Source: an uncultured delta proteobacterium
GTDB lineage: Bacteria > Myxococcota > Myxococcia > Myxococcales > Myxococcaceae
NCBI GenBank assembly: GCA_963713045.1
Contig: CAVQKE010000003.1
Span: 832,001 to 896,000 of the forward strand
Reading direction: 5' to 3'
DNA length: 64,000 nucleotides
The translations under genes were made by a program, and so were the position numbers. Under the pieces are notes generated by a model. The model was not told where the DNA came from. It searched no databases and saw only the letters and a list, made by a program, of their open reading frames with translations. Of the stretch, positions 29,248-38,676 are shown piece by piece; within the stretch, counting starts at the first letter, position 1; every line of letters begins with the position of its first letter.

Positions 29248-30905
29248 CCATGTCCAGCTTGCGTCCCATCCAGGAAGTTGCTGCGCGACTGGGCCTGAAG
29301 TCGGAACACGTGCTCCCCTGGGGGCGGCACCGGGCGAAAGTCGAGCTGGCCGCCTTCGAGGGACGTCCTTCCCGCGGACGCCTGGTGCTGGTCTCCGCCA
29401 TCACCCCGACGCCGCCCGGCGAGGGCAAGACGACCACCTCGGTGGCCCTGGCGATGGGCCTCTGCCGGCGGGGGCGCAACGCCGTGCCCGCCCTTCGAGA
29501 GCCCTCCCTCGGACCGGTATTCGGCGTGAAAGGCGGGGGAACGGGAGGTGGGGCCGCCACCCTCGAGCCGGCTCAGGACATCAACCTTCACTTCACCGGC
29601 GACATGCATGCGCTGGGCGCGGCGAACAACCTCCTCGCCGCATTGGTGGACAACGCGCTGCACTTTAAGCACCCGGTGGAACTCGACCCCCGCGGTGTGC
29701 GGTGGCGCCGCTGCTTGGACATCAACGACCGGTCGCTGCGTGAGATTGTCACCGGACTCGGTGGTCGGGCCAATGGCGTGGTGCGGGAGACCGGCTTTGA
29801 CATCACCGCGGCCAGCGAGATGATGGCCATCCTCGCGCTGGCGGAGAGTCCAAAGGACCTCGAGGCGCGCTGTGCCCGCGTCGTCATCGGCCAGTCGTCG
29901 AGTGGCGAGCCCGTGACCGCGGGCCAGTTGAAGGCGTCCAGCGCCATGGCGGCGCTCCTGCAAGACGCGCTGTTGCCCAACCTGGTGCAGACGCGCGAAG
30001 GCGGCCCAGCCCTCGTCCACGCTGGACCCTTCGCCAACATCGCCCACGGTTGCTCCAGCGTCCTCGGGACCCGCCTCGGGCTGGCCTACGCCGATGAAGT
30101 CATCACCGAGGCCGGCTTCGGCTTCGAGTTGGGGGGAGAGAAATTCCTGGACATCACCTGCCGCTCGGCCGGGCTGTGGCCGCGGGGGGTGACGCTGGTC
30201 GCAACCCTCCGCGCGTTGAAATTTCACGGGGGTGCGCCCTTGGCGCGCGTCGCCGAACCGGACCCGGAGGCACTGGAACGCGGTTTTGAGAACCTGGCAA
30301 AGCACCTCGAGACGGTCGCCGCCTTCGGCCTACCTGCGGTGGTGGCCGTCAACCGGTTTCCGCAGGACACAGAGTCCGAGCTCCAACAGCTGAGGGCTTG
30401 GGGCCGGGCGGCCGGAGTCCCGGTGGCAGTCAGCGAGGGCTTCGCCAAGGGCGGCGAGGGCGCGCTGGAGCTGGCCGACGCGGTCTTGGCAATGCTCGAC
30501 AGCACCGACAAGCATCCTCGCGCGCCGCGCTTCCTCTACCGGTTCGACGCCCCCCTCAAAGACAAGGTTCGCGCCGTGGCGCAGGTTGCCTACGGCGCTC
30601 ACGACGTCGTCTTCACCGCTGGTGCGGAGCGCGACTTGGCCCAGGTTGAGAAGCTGGGCGGAGGCCGCCTGCCCATCTGCATCGCGAAGACGCAATTGTC
30701 GCTGTCGGACGACCCCAGTCGCGCCGGACGCCCGCGGGACTTTCTGGTGACTGTGCGCGAGCTCCGCCTCTCCGCGGGCGCCGGGTTCGTCGTCGCACTG
30801 ACCGGAGAAATTCTCACCCTCCCGGGACTCCCCAAGGAGCCGGCGGCGGCTCGGGTGGTGGTCCATCCCGACGGCCGGGTCACCGGCCTGATGCAGGGGG
30901 AATGA
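29244..30905 (+). CDS. fhs: Formate--tetrahydrofolate ligase
   Basis: TPTPPGEGKTTT, REPSLGP, KGGGTGGG, NLHFTGD, GPFANIAHG, AKTQLSLSD. Confidence 0.96.
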   Translation: MTMSSLRPIQEVAARLGLKSEHVLPWGRHRAKVELAAFEGRPSRGRLVLVSAITPTPPGEGKTTTSVALAMGLCRRGRNAVPALREPSLGPVFGVKGGGTGGGAATLEPAQDINLHFTGDMHALGAANNLLAALVDNALHFKHPVELDPRGVRWRRCLDINDRSLREIVTGLGGRANGVVRETGFDITAASEMMAILALAESPKDLEARCARVVIGQSSSGEPVTAGQLKASSAMAALLQDALLPNLVQTREGGPALVHAGPFANIAHGCSSVLGTRLGLAYADEVITEAGFGFELGGEKFLDITCRSAGLWPRGVTLVATLRALKFHGGAPLARVAEPDPEALERGFENLAKHLETVAAFGLPAVVAVNRFPQDTESELQQLRAWGRAAGVPVAVSEGFAKGGEGALELADAVLAMLDSTDKHPRAPRFLYRFDAPLKDKVRAVAQVAYGAHDVVFTAGAERDLAQVEKLGGGRLPICIAKTQLSLSDDPSRAGRPRDFLVTVRELRLSAGAGFVVALTGEILTLPGLPKEPAAARVVVHPDGRVTGLMQGE

Positions 30906-30965
30906 CTCCCCGTCGAAGCCAAGGGCTCGACTGTGCTGGTCAGCGTGTGGCATGGGGACAAAGGA

Positions 30966-31427
30966 ATGAGCCGCCCCGAGCAACTCAGCGTCCGCCCGGC
31001 GCGGCCTGAAGACGCCGAGGGCCTGGCCGGGCTGTTCGGCCGCCTCGGCTATGTGACCACCGGGGCAGTGGTGGCCGCACAGTTTCAGCACTACCGCCAA
31101 GGCACGTCATTCCATGCCTTGAGCGCCGAGCACCACCCGGCCGTGGGCCCTCCTCGACTGGTCGGCGCGGCGACGGTGAGCATCCAGCAGCGGCTTTATG
31201 CGGCCAGGCCGGTGGCTCAGCTGACGGCGCTGGTGACCGACGCCGACGCGCGACAGCTGGGCGTGGGCCGGGCGTTGGTCAAGGCCGCCGCTGAGCTGGC
31301 ACGCACCGCCCACTGTGAACGTCTCTTCGTCCGCAGCGACCGTCGCCGCACCGAGTCCCACGACTTCTACCGGATGCTGGGCTTCGACGAGGTCAACCTC
31401 ACCTTCGACTTGCCGCTGGACCCATGA
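30966..31427 (+). CDS. GNAT-family acetyltransferase
   Basis: LVTDADARQLGVGRALV (motif A); HDFYRMLGF. Confidence 0.85.
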   Translation: MSRPEQLSVRPARPEDAEGLAGLFGRLGYVTTGAVVAAQFQHYRQGTSFHALSAEHHPAVGPPRLVGAATVSIQQRLYAARPVAQLTALVTDADARQLGVGRALVKAAAELARTAHCERLFVRSDRRRTESHDFYRMLGFDEVNLTFDLPLDP

Positions 31428-32641
31428 AATCCGCCGCCCCTTCGCTGCCTGCCCCATCATCGCTGGCCAGCGCCTGGACGCTCGACCCAAGGGTGGTTTA
31501 CCTGAACCACGGCAGTTTCGGCGCAACGCCGCGCAGCGTCCTTTCTCACCAGGCTGACCTGCGTCAGCGGCTGGAGCAGGAGCCCGTCCTCTTCCTCGAC
31601 CGCTCCCTCGAAGGGCAGCTGGACGGCGTCCGGGCGACACTCGGCGCCTTCCTCCACGCCCATCCCGACGACTTGGCCCAGGTGCCCAACGCCACCAGCG
31701 GCGTCAACACGGTGGTCCGTTCGCTGGACTTCGGCCCAGGCGATGAGTTGCTCACCACCAATCACGCCTACAACGCTTGCGCCAATGCGCTGCGCTACGT
31801 CGCCGCCCGGACCGGCGCCCGGGTGGTGACGGCCAGCGTGGCCTTCCCCCTGGACGGTCCCGAGGCGGTGGTCGAGGCAGTGATGGCGGCCGTCACTCCT
31901 CGCACCCGGTTGGCGCTTCTGGACCACGTCACCAGTCAAACTGGCTTGGTCTTTCCGGTCGAGCGCCTCGTCCCACTTCTCCAAGACCGAGGGGTGGATG
32001 TCCTCATCGACGGAGCGCATGCCCCGGGCATGGTGCCCGTAAATCTCGACGCCCTGGGCGCCGCCTACTACACCGCCAATTGCCACAAGTGGCTGTGCGC
32101 GCCCAAAGGGGCGGCGTTCCTGCATGTCCGGCGTGACCGCCAGACGCGCATCCATCCCTTGACCATCAGCCACGGTTTCAACACGCCGCGCACCGACCGC
32201 TCGCACTTCCAGGTTGAATTTGATTGGTGTGGAACCGACGACCCCACCGCCTGGTTATGCGTGCCCAAGTCACTCGAGGTCCTCGGGTCCCTCGTCCCCG
32301 GCGGCTGGCCTCAACTGATGGCAAAAAACCATAAGCTCGCCCTGTCCGCCCGTCGGACGCTGTGCTCGGCGTTGGGCATCGCGCCACCCTGCCCGGAGGA
32401 GATGGTCGGGTCACTGGCGTCGGTGCCGCTTCCAGCGGGTAACGGTCGACCCCGCCGTCCCCCTGGATTCGACCCACTGCAAGACGCCCTCTTCGAGCGC
32501 AAGTCAGTCGAAGTCCCTGTTTTCAACTGGCCAGCTGCGCCCGCCCGCTGCGTCCGGGCCTCGGCGCAACTTTACAACTCGCCCGAGCAGTACGCGTACC
32601 TCGCGCGGTGCCTGACTGAATTGCTGGCGGAAGGCATGTAG
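31424..32641 (+). CDS. PLP-dependent class V enzyme (isopenicillin N epimerase / C-S lyase-like)
   Basis: YLNHGSFGA, DGAHAPG, NCHKWLCAPKG. Confidence 0.9.
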   Translation: MKSAAPSLPAPSSLASAWTLDPRVVYLNHGSFGATPRSVLSHQADLRQRLEQEPVLFLDRSLEGQLDGVRATLGAFLHAHPDDLAQVPNATSGVNTVVRSLDFGPGDELLTTNHAYNACANALRYVAARTGARVVTASVAFPLDGPEAVVEAVMAAVTPRTRLALLDHVTSQTGLVFPVERLVPLLQDRGVDVLIDGAHAPGMVPVNLDALGAAYYTANCHKWLCAPKGAAFLHVRRDRQTRIHPLTISHGFNTPRTDRSHFQVEFDWCGTDDPTAWLCVPKSLEVLGSLVPGGWPQLMAKNHKLALSARRTLCSALGIAPPCPEEMVGSLASVPLPAGNGRPRRPPGFDPLQDALFERKSVEVPVFNWPAAPARCVRASAQLYNSPEQYAYLARCLTELLAEGM

Positions 32642-32822
32642 CGCCCAGCTCCGCACAGCGGTCCACGCCGGTTCACCGGGGGGGCTTTCGGCATCCCACT
32701 CCAAACGCCGCTTCCCCGGGTGAAGTCACGCTGAGGCACTCCACTCCCACCAGGCGGCTCGTGCCTAGCCACCGGCGGGAACGAGGTCCCCCTTCTTTGA
32801 GAGTGGGTTTCTCCGACGCTGC

Positions 32823-34163
32823 CTAACCCAAGCAGATGCCAGCGGCCGCATAAAAGTCATATCCGTTGGCAGTACCGGCCGTTAAGCCCTGCGAAACTGG
32901 CTGGCCGAGGACGGTCCACACGCCTCCGCCGCCGAAGATTTGGCAATTCGGAGCACCGAAGGGGGTCGGCGGCGCGAGCAGCTCACCTTGGAGGCCATTA
33001 TTCCCAAGGCCGACATTCACGACCATCGAAGGCAGCGATGACAAGGTGGCTGACGGAATGGTGTTGTTGGAAGTGAAGGTGATGCCAAACACTTGCGTCC
33101 CGGGCGGGGTGTAGCCAAAGCCAGGCGGCACGCCGCTGCTCAGCGTCACGGTGACGACGGTCCCCGCGGGGTAGGGGTATCCAGCATTTGCGGGGGGAAA
33201 CGTCACCGTCCCGCTCGTAACGTTGCTCCCGGAAATGGCTGCGAAGGCGACGGGGACGTTCTGCTGCGCTGGCAAGTTAATGGTGAACGTGCTGCTGGAA
33301 GCCGTGGTGACGCTGACATAAAAACTAGCCGAGTTATTGGCCGAGTCCTTCACGGTGATTTGCGTCGTGCCGTCGCCGGCACCCGTCACGGTGAAGAGAT
33401 TTTGCGAGCTGCCTTGGGCCGCCACGGTGGCGACGCCGCTGCTTTGACTCACTGCGGTGAAGGCCCCTGAGTAGCCGGTCTCGACCGCAGTCAGTGTCAC
33501 GTTTCCTCCGACGGTGAGGCTGTAGGGGGCCGCCGCCGTCGTCGCTGGTGAAAGGGTGACCACACCGGACGCCGCTGCCGGGATGACCAGAAGCGCAAGG
33601 GTGACTGTTGCTCCAGGAGCGAGGGTAAAGGTTCCCTGTGGACCGGTGTAGGTGAGCGTCGGCGCGACGAGAACAGCCGTGCCTATCTTTTGCCAGCCGG
33701 CCGATGGATTCGCAGAGTCGTAAACCTCGCCCTCATACGTGCCCGACGGAAACGTCGCCGTTCCGGTGGTGGTAATCGAAAACCCCGGGTACGCGCTGAA
33801 TACCTCCGGTGCCGTTGTGCCGTTTGTCAATTGCAAGAATGCAAGGGGTGTGGGCGCCCCGGTGCTTTCCGACTGACGTCCGGATTGAGGATTGGTCGCC
33901 ACGCTGGAGGTGGGTGCCGGCAAACCGACCGGGGCTTGCGTTGAGATGGTGGTCTCCATTGCGGCGCCAACCGGAGTTGCTGCTGGAAGGTTCAGGTTCT
34001 CCGTGTAGGGCCCGACCGGAGGAAGAGGAATGACAGTTGCGGTGCTGGACAAGGTGACTGTCTTGGATGCTGAGGTGGGAGTTGACGAGCCGCAAGCAAC
34101 CAGGAGCGACACGGCCGTCAAAAAAAGGCACCGCGACACGGCTGACAGATTTCGAAGGTGCAT
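32823..34163 (-). CDS. Thr/Ser/Pro-rich surface lipoprotein with Ig-like domains, lower GC
   Basis: RBS GAGG upstream of ATG 34163; SLLVAC lipobox; Ig-like segment VATV...FTVTGAGDGTTQITVKDS. Confidence 0.75.
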   Translation of the reverse strand: MHLRNLSAVSRCLFLTAVSLLVACGSSTPTSASKTVTLSSTATVIPLPPVGPYTENLNLPAATPVGAAMETTISTQAPVGLPAPTSSVATNPQSGRQSESTGAPTPLAFLQLTNGTTAPEVFSAYPGFSITTTGTATFPSGTYEGEVYDSANPSAGWQKIGTAVLVAPTLTYTGPQGTFTLAPGATVTLALLVIPAAASGVVTLSPATTAAAPYSLTVGGNVTLTAVETGYSGAFTAVSQSSGVATVAAQGSSQNLFTVTGAGDGTTQITVKDSANNSASFYVSVTTASSSTFTINLPAQQNVPVAFAAISGSNVTSGTVTFPPANAGYPYPAGTVVTVTLSSGVPPGFGYTPPGTQVFGITFTSNNTIPSATLSSLPSMVVNVGLGNNGLQGELLAPPTPFGAPNCQIFGGGGVWTVLGQPVSQGLTAGTANGYDFYAAAGICLG

Positions 34164-34250
34164 GGGTTTCCTCACTTCTAAATGAAGCGTTTGGAGCTAG
34201 TTGAAAAGCCGACGACGGCCGAGTGGACGAGGGTGCCGTCTCGGACGCAA

Positions 34251-34278
34251 AAAGTAGGGTGTCGCTGAGGTCCGTCAA
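34251..34278 (-). promoter_or_regulatory. Putative promoter of the low-GC lipoprotein
   Basis: Minus strand TTGACG-N16-TACTTT. Confidence 0.4.
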
Positions 34279-34786
34279 GGCCGCGTCGCGAGCCGGAGCG
34301 GCCCAGGTATTGCCACCACAATCGCAGACGAGCCCCCTCCCAGAAACTTGGAGGGGAACCCTCGCATGGGGATTCTCCTCTGGCAACCACCGAATGCGCG
34401 GTGACCCCACCGCTGCGTTTTGGCTTTGCAGAGCAATTGCTTGGAGGAATTTTACGTGAGGCTGGAAAACAAAAGCTGGCCCTGCCCCCGGCGAAAATAA
34501 TGCGCACTGCTGTCTTTGCCCACAAGGGGCACCCGTCGCGGTGTTTTTTTATTTTCGGGCCCTGGGGACTGCTGTCGTCCCGGCGGCGAACACGCAGGTA
34601 AGCGCGGGACCGTCGAAGCAACTTCCCCTGCGAGCTGCAGCACCTCTGCTGAGGCCGAACAGCATTTCACACGTCAAGCTGGCTCTGTCAGACGCAGACG
34701 CGTGCTCCAACACGGTGTAGAAACTTTGCGTCTCAGGAAGAGCCGGTCTTGCCGGATTGGCGTCTGGCTCTCTAGTCTTTCGCGCC

Positions 34787-35713
34787 ATGGCCCGGTACGC
34801 CGCCATCGACGTCGGGACCAACACCGTCTTGCTGGTCGTCGCTGAACGCGCGCCATCCGGCTTTCGGATGGTCGCTGAGCGAGGAGCCATCACCCGCCTG
34901 GGGAAGGGAGTAGACGCGGACAAGCGACTCGCGCCGGAGGCGATGGCACGCACGCTGGATGCAGTGGGCCGTTTCGCTGACGAGGCACGCGCTCTGGGGG
35001 CGGTCGACCTGGTCGTCACCGCCACCTCGGCCGCCCGGGACGCAGCCAACGGCCCGGAGTTCCTCGAGGCGGCGCGTACCCGCGCCGGTGTGCCGGTGGA
35101 GATTCTCTCGGGCGCAGCGGAGGCGCAGCTCTCGTACCTGGCCGTGGCCAATGACTTTGCCGCAGAGGCGGGCACGCGGGAGCTGGTGGCCATTGACATC
35201 GGCGGCGGCTCTACCGAGTTCATCTTCGGCCATGGCCCCAAGGTGCGCTTTCACACCAGCCTCAACGTCGGTTCGGTGCGTCTCACCGAACGCTGTGTGC
35301 GGTCGGACCCGCCTTCGAGCGATGACTTTTCCCGGCTTCGCGCCACCCTCGAATCCGCGCTGGCCGCCGTCCCGCCACCCGAAACAGGCGCGCTGGTGGT
35401 CGGTGTTGCCGGCACCGTCACCACGCTCTACGCCGTCGCCAACAGCATCGCGCCCTATGACGCCGGCCGCGTCCACGGGGGTTGGCTGTCGCGCGAGGTG
35501 CTGGCCGAGACGCGCGCCAAACTCGCGTCGATGCCCCTCGAGCAGCGACGAGCCGTTCCGGGGCTGCAACCCGAGCGCGCCGATGTCATCATTGCTGGAG
35601 CCGTTCTCCTCGAATTCGCACTGGACCACCTCGGCGCCCCAGGCGCGCGCGTGAGTGACCACGGCCTGCGCTGGGGCTTGCTGGCGGCCCGCTTTGGGAG
35701 TGCGCCGACGTGA
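34787..35713 (+). CDS. ppx: Ppx/GppA-family phosphatase (short form)
   Basis: AAIDVGTNT, TSAARDAAN, IDIGGGSTE, RADVI, GLRWG. Confidence 0.92.
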   Translation: MARYAAIDVGTNTVLLVVAERAPSGFRMVAERGAITRLGKGVDADKRLAPEAMARTLDAVGRFADEARALGAVDLVVTATSAARDAANGPEFLEAARTRAGVPVEILSGAAEAQLSYLAVANDFAAEAGTRELVAIDIGGGSTEFIFGHGPKVRFHTSLNVGSVRLTERCVRSDPPSSDDFSRLRATLESALAAVPPPETGALVVGVAGTVTTLYAVANSIAPYDAGRVHGGWLSREVLAETRAKLASMPLEQRRAVPGLQPERADVIIAGAVLLEFALDHLGAPGARVSDHGLRWGLLAARFGSAPT

Positions 35714-36972
35714 CTTCCCCGGAGGCCGTCACGCGAGGACAGGCGCGCTATGCGCTGACGGTCCTCACGCTCATCAACCTGCTCAACTACCTGGACCGGT
35801 ACATCGCCGCCGGGATGATGCCCCGCATCATGGAGGCCTTCCACGTCGACAAGGCCGCGGCCGGGTTGCTGGGGAGCGTCTTCATCATCGTCTACATGCT
35901 GTTTGCCCCGTTGGCTGGTGTCATTGGGGACAAATATCCCCGGCGACTGGTGCTCGCCGGCGGAATCTTTCTGTGGAGCCTAGCCACAGTCGGCGGCGGC
36001 TTCGCCACCACTTTCGCCGCACTCCTCCTGGCGCGCTCCATCGTCGGCGTGGGCGAGGCTGGCTACGGGACGGTCGCTCCGGGGCTCATCGCGGACTTGT
36101 TTCCTCGCGCCGAGCGCTCGCGGATGCTGGCTTACTTCTACATTGCCATCCCGGTGGGCGCGGCCATGGGCTTTGCCCTGGGCGGCTGGTTGGGCCACCG
36201 CTACAGCTGGCAGCACGCCTTTTGGGTGGCTGGGATTCCGGGGCTGCTGGTGGCGGGGCTGGCGCTGCGGGTGCCGGACCCGCCCCGGGGGGCGACGGAT
36301 GAGGGGCCGCGGCCACCAAAGGTGCCCTTCCTGGTGGGCCTTTTGCGACTGAGAAGCAACGCCATCTACTGGGCTGCGGTGGCCGGGCTCACCTTGATGA
36401 CCTTCTCCATCGGTGGCCTCGCCAACTGGATGCCGGCCTTTCTCGAATTGGAACGGGGTGTCAACCCGGAAACCGCTGGACTGTACTTTGGAGCCATCAC
36501 CGCCCTGGCAGGCATTGTGGGAACACTGGTCGGCGGTTGGTTGGGGGACGTGGCAGACCGCAAGTCCACCACCGGGGGGATGTCCCTCTCTGGTTGGGGG
36601 CTGCTCCTTGCCGTCCCGTTTATGGCGGTGGTGGCATTGGCGCCGCAGCCGCTCGTCATTTTTGCAGCCGTGGCCTTGGCCCAATTCTTCGTATTCCTCA
36701 ACAACGGGCCGCTGAACGCGGCCATCGTCAGTGCCGTGCCGGCAGATGTTCGCAGCTTCGCAGTGGGACTCAGCGTCCTGGCCTACCACGCTCTCGGGGA
36801 CGCCATCTCTCCCCCCATCATCGGAGCCATCGCCGACCATTCGAGCCTAAGCACCGCCATCCTTCTCAACGCCATCCCAGTGGGCCTGGGCGGGGTGATT
36901 CTCGTCCTGTCGGCGCGGCTCCTGGGGCGCCCGGTGGTATCGGGCGCGGCCGGCGGCTCGCTCAGCGCTTAG
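35710..36972 (+). CDS. MFS transporter, spinster-like
   Basis: NLLNYLDRY, VGVGEAGY...IADLFP, HALGDAISP; GTGA overlap with ppx. Confidence 0.88.
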   Translation: MTSPEAVTRGQARYALTVLTLINLLNYLDRYIAAGMMPRIMEAFHVDKAAAGLLGSVFIIVYMLFAPLAGVIGDKYPRRLVLAGGIFLWSLATVGGGFATTFAALLLARSIVGVGEAGYGTVAPGLIADLFPRAERSRMLAYFYIAIPVGAAMGFALGGWLGHRYSWQHAFWVAGIPGLLVAGLALRVPDPPRGATDEGPRPPKVPFLVGLLRLRSNAIYWAAVAGLTLMTFSIGGLANWMPAFLELERGVNPETAGLYFGAITALAGIVGTLVGGWLGDVADRKSTTGGMSLSGWGLLLAVPFMAVVALAPQPLVIFAAVALAQFFVFLNNGPLNAAIVSAVPADVRSFAVGLSVLAYHALGDAISPPIIGAIADHSSLSTAILLNAIPVGLGGVILVLSARLLGRPVVSGAAGGSLSA

Positions 36973-37036
36973 GAGTGCCCTGAACAGGGGAGGACGGTTG
37001 CTCGGGGCCGTCGACTCGGTTAGCCAGTGGCCAGCA

Positions 37037-38107
37037 ATGGCGCCCGTGCCCAGCCCCTTCATCCGCAGCGTTGGCACCGCCTTGCCACAGCATTACGCCG
37101 ACCAGGAAACGCTCATCACTGCGTTTCGCACCCATTGGGCGAAGGAGCACTTCAACGTCGAGCGCCTTGAGGAGTTGCACCGGGCGGTGCAAGTGGGCGG
37201 TCGACACCTGGCAGTTCCTCTCGAGGAGTACCCCGATTTGAGGGACCTCAAATCCCGCAACGACGCGTGGATTCGAGTGGCCACCGAAGTCGGAGAGCAG
37301 GCTGTCCAACAGGCGCTCGAGCGCGCCGGGTTTGCGACCACAGACGTGGACCATCTCTTCTTCGTTACCGTCACTGGCATCGCCACGCCTTCAGTCGATG
37401 CACGGCTGATGAACCGGCTGGGACTGCGCTCGGACGTCAAGAGGACGCCCATCTTCGGGCTGGGCTGCGTTGCCGGCGCGGCCGGCCTGGCACGGGCCAG
37501 TGACGTCCTCCGCGCATTTCCTAACCAGGTGGCCGTCCTGCTGTCGGTGGAGCTGTGTTCGCTCACGCTGCAGCGCGAGGACCTCTCCATCGCCAACATC
37601 ATCGCCAGCGGACTTTTCGGCGACGGCGCTGCTGCGCTGGTGCTTTCCGGTGCAGAGCGACCCGCCCCCGCCTGCCCGCGCGTCCTCGGCACCGGCAGCG
37701 TCTTCTACCCGGACACCGAACGGGTGATGGGGTGGGACGTGGTGAATGGCGGATTCAAGGTGGTGCTGAGCGCGAAAGTTCCCGAGGTGGTGCGCGCCCA
37801 CGTGCGTCAGGACGTCGGTGCCTTCCTGGCACGGTACGGCTTAGAGAGTAGCGACATCCGACACTGGATTGCCCACACCGGTGGGCCCAAAGTGTTGGAA
37901 GCCTTCGAGAGCACTCTCGAGTTGCCCCCCGACGCGCTCGCCCGCTCCTGGAGGTCTCTGCGAGAGACCGGCAACCTGTCTTCGGCATCGGTGCTCTTCG
38001 TCCTCGAGTCCTTGCTTTCCTCGGGCGAGGCGAAGCCAGGAGATTACGGCCTGCTTCTCGCGATGGGCCCCGGCTTCTGCTCAGAGCTGGTGCTACTGAA
38101 ATGGTGA
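37037..38107 (+). CDS. Type III polyketide synthase (FtpA/SrsA/BpsA-like)
   Basis: Catalytic Cys (GLGCVAG), His (AHTGGPKV), Asn (GNLSS); LFGDG, AMGPGF. Confidence 0.94.
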   Translation: MAPVPSPFIRSVGTALPQHYADQETLITAFRTHWAKEHFNVERLEELHRAVQVGGRHLAVPLEEYPDLRDLKSRNDAWIRVATEVGEQAVQQALERAGFATTDVDHLFFVTVTGIATPSVDARLMNRLGLRSDVKRTPIFGLGCVAGAAGLARASDVLRAFPNQVAVLLSVELCSLTLQREDLSIANIIASGLFGDGAAALVLSGAERPAPACPRVLGTGSVFYPDTERVMGWDVVNGGFKVVLSAKVPEVVRAHVRQDVGAFLARYGLESSDIRHWIAHTGGPKVLEAFESTLELPPDALARSWRSLRETGNLSSASVLFVLESLLSSGEAKPGDYGLLLAMGPGFCSELVLLKW

Positions 38108-38676
38108 CGTCGCTCGGCCTGTATCTGGCCTTCCTCGGCTTGCTCGGCCTAGAGCGCTTGGCGGAACTTCTGCTGTCGCTGCGCAACGCGCGCCAGGCCC
38201 GTGCGGCCGGAGCGATTGAGGCCGGCCGCGGCCACTATCCGGTGATGGTGGCTTTCCATACGCTGTTCCTGGTGAGCTGTGCGGCCGAGGCGATGCTGGT
38301 GCCTCGCTCCTTCCCAGGCGCCGTGGGCTGGGCCGCCCTCGCTGTCGCATTGGCCGCGCAAGGACTCCGCTATTGGGCGGTGGCCTCGCTTGGCGTCCGC
38401 TGGAATACGCGGGTGCTGGTCTGGCCGGGGCTGCCGCCCGTGACCTCGGGTCCCTACCGTTTTCTGCGTCACCCCAACTACCTGGCCATCGTCTTAGAGA
38501 TGGCTGCAGTTCCAATGGTGTACGGAGCCTGGGTGACAGCGGTGGTATTTTCCTTGGGCAACCTAATTCTCCTCAGGGTTCGCATCCGCTCCGAGGAGGA
38601 GGCTTTGGGCGATGCCTGGGCCACGGCTTTCGCCGGGCACCCGCGATGGCTTCCGGAGCTCCACCGTGGCGAGTGA
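38101..38676 (+). CDS. ICMT-family methyltransferase (SrsB/BpsB-like)
   Basis: ERLAEL, HYPVMVAFH, WNTRV, GPYRFLRHPNY, RIRSEE. Confidence 0.92.
   Translation: MVTSLGLYLAFLGLLGLERLAELLLSLRNARQARAAGAIEAGRGHYPVMVAFHTLFLVSCAAEAMLVPRSFPGAVGWAALAVALAAQGLRYWAVASLGVRWNTRVLVWPGLPPVTSGPYRFLRHPNYLAIVLEMAAVPMVYGAWVTAVVFSLGNLILLRVRIRSEEEALGDAWATAFAGHPRWLPELHRGE

Noticed and set aside
30966..31427. GNAT as a toxin-antitoxin toxin
   Set aside because: No adjacent RHH/DUF1778 antitoxin; it sits within a metabolic operon.
34240..34440. c-di-GMP-I riboswitch-like words (GGACGCAAA on +, GCAAAGCC...GGTTGCC on -)
   Set aside because: The required GGCAAA...GAAA hairpin architecture is absent, and the words lie on different strands.
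34120..34550. Imperfect long-range inverted repeat (A7-GG-CACCGCGAC vs GTCGCGGTG-T7) suggesting an invertible promoter
   Set aside because: Only 9 contiguous bp plus a homopolymer with a 2-nt gap, near chance expectation; no invertase in the window.
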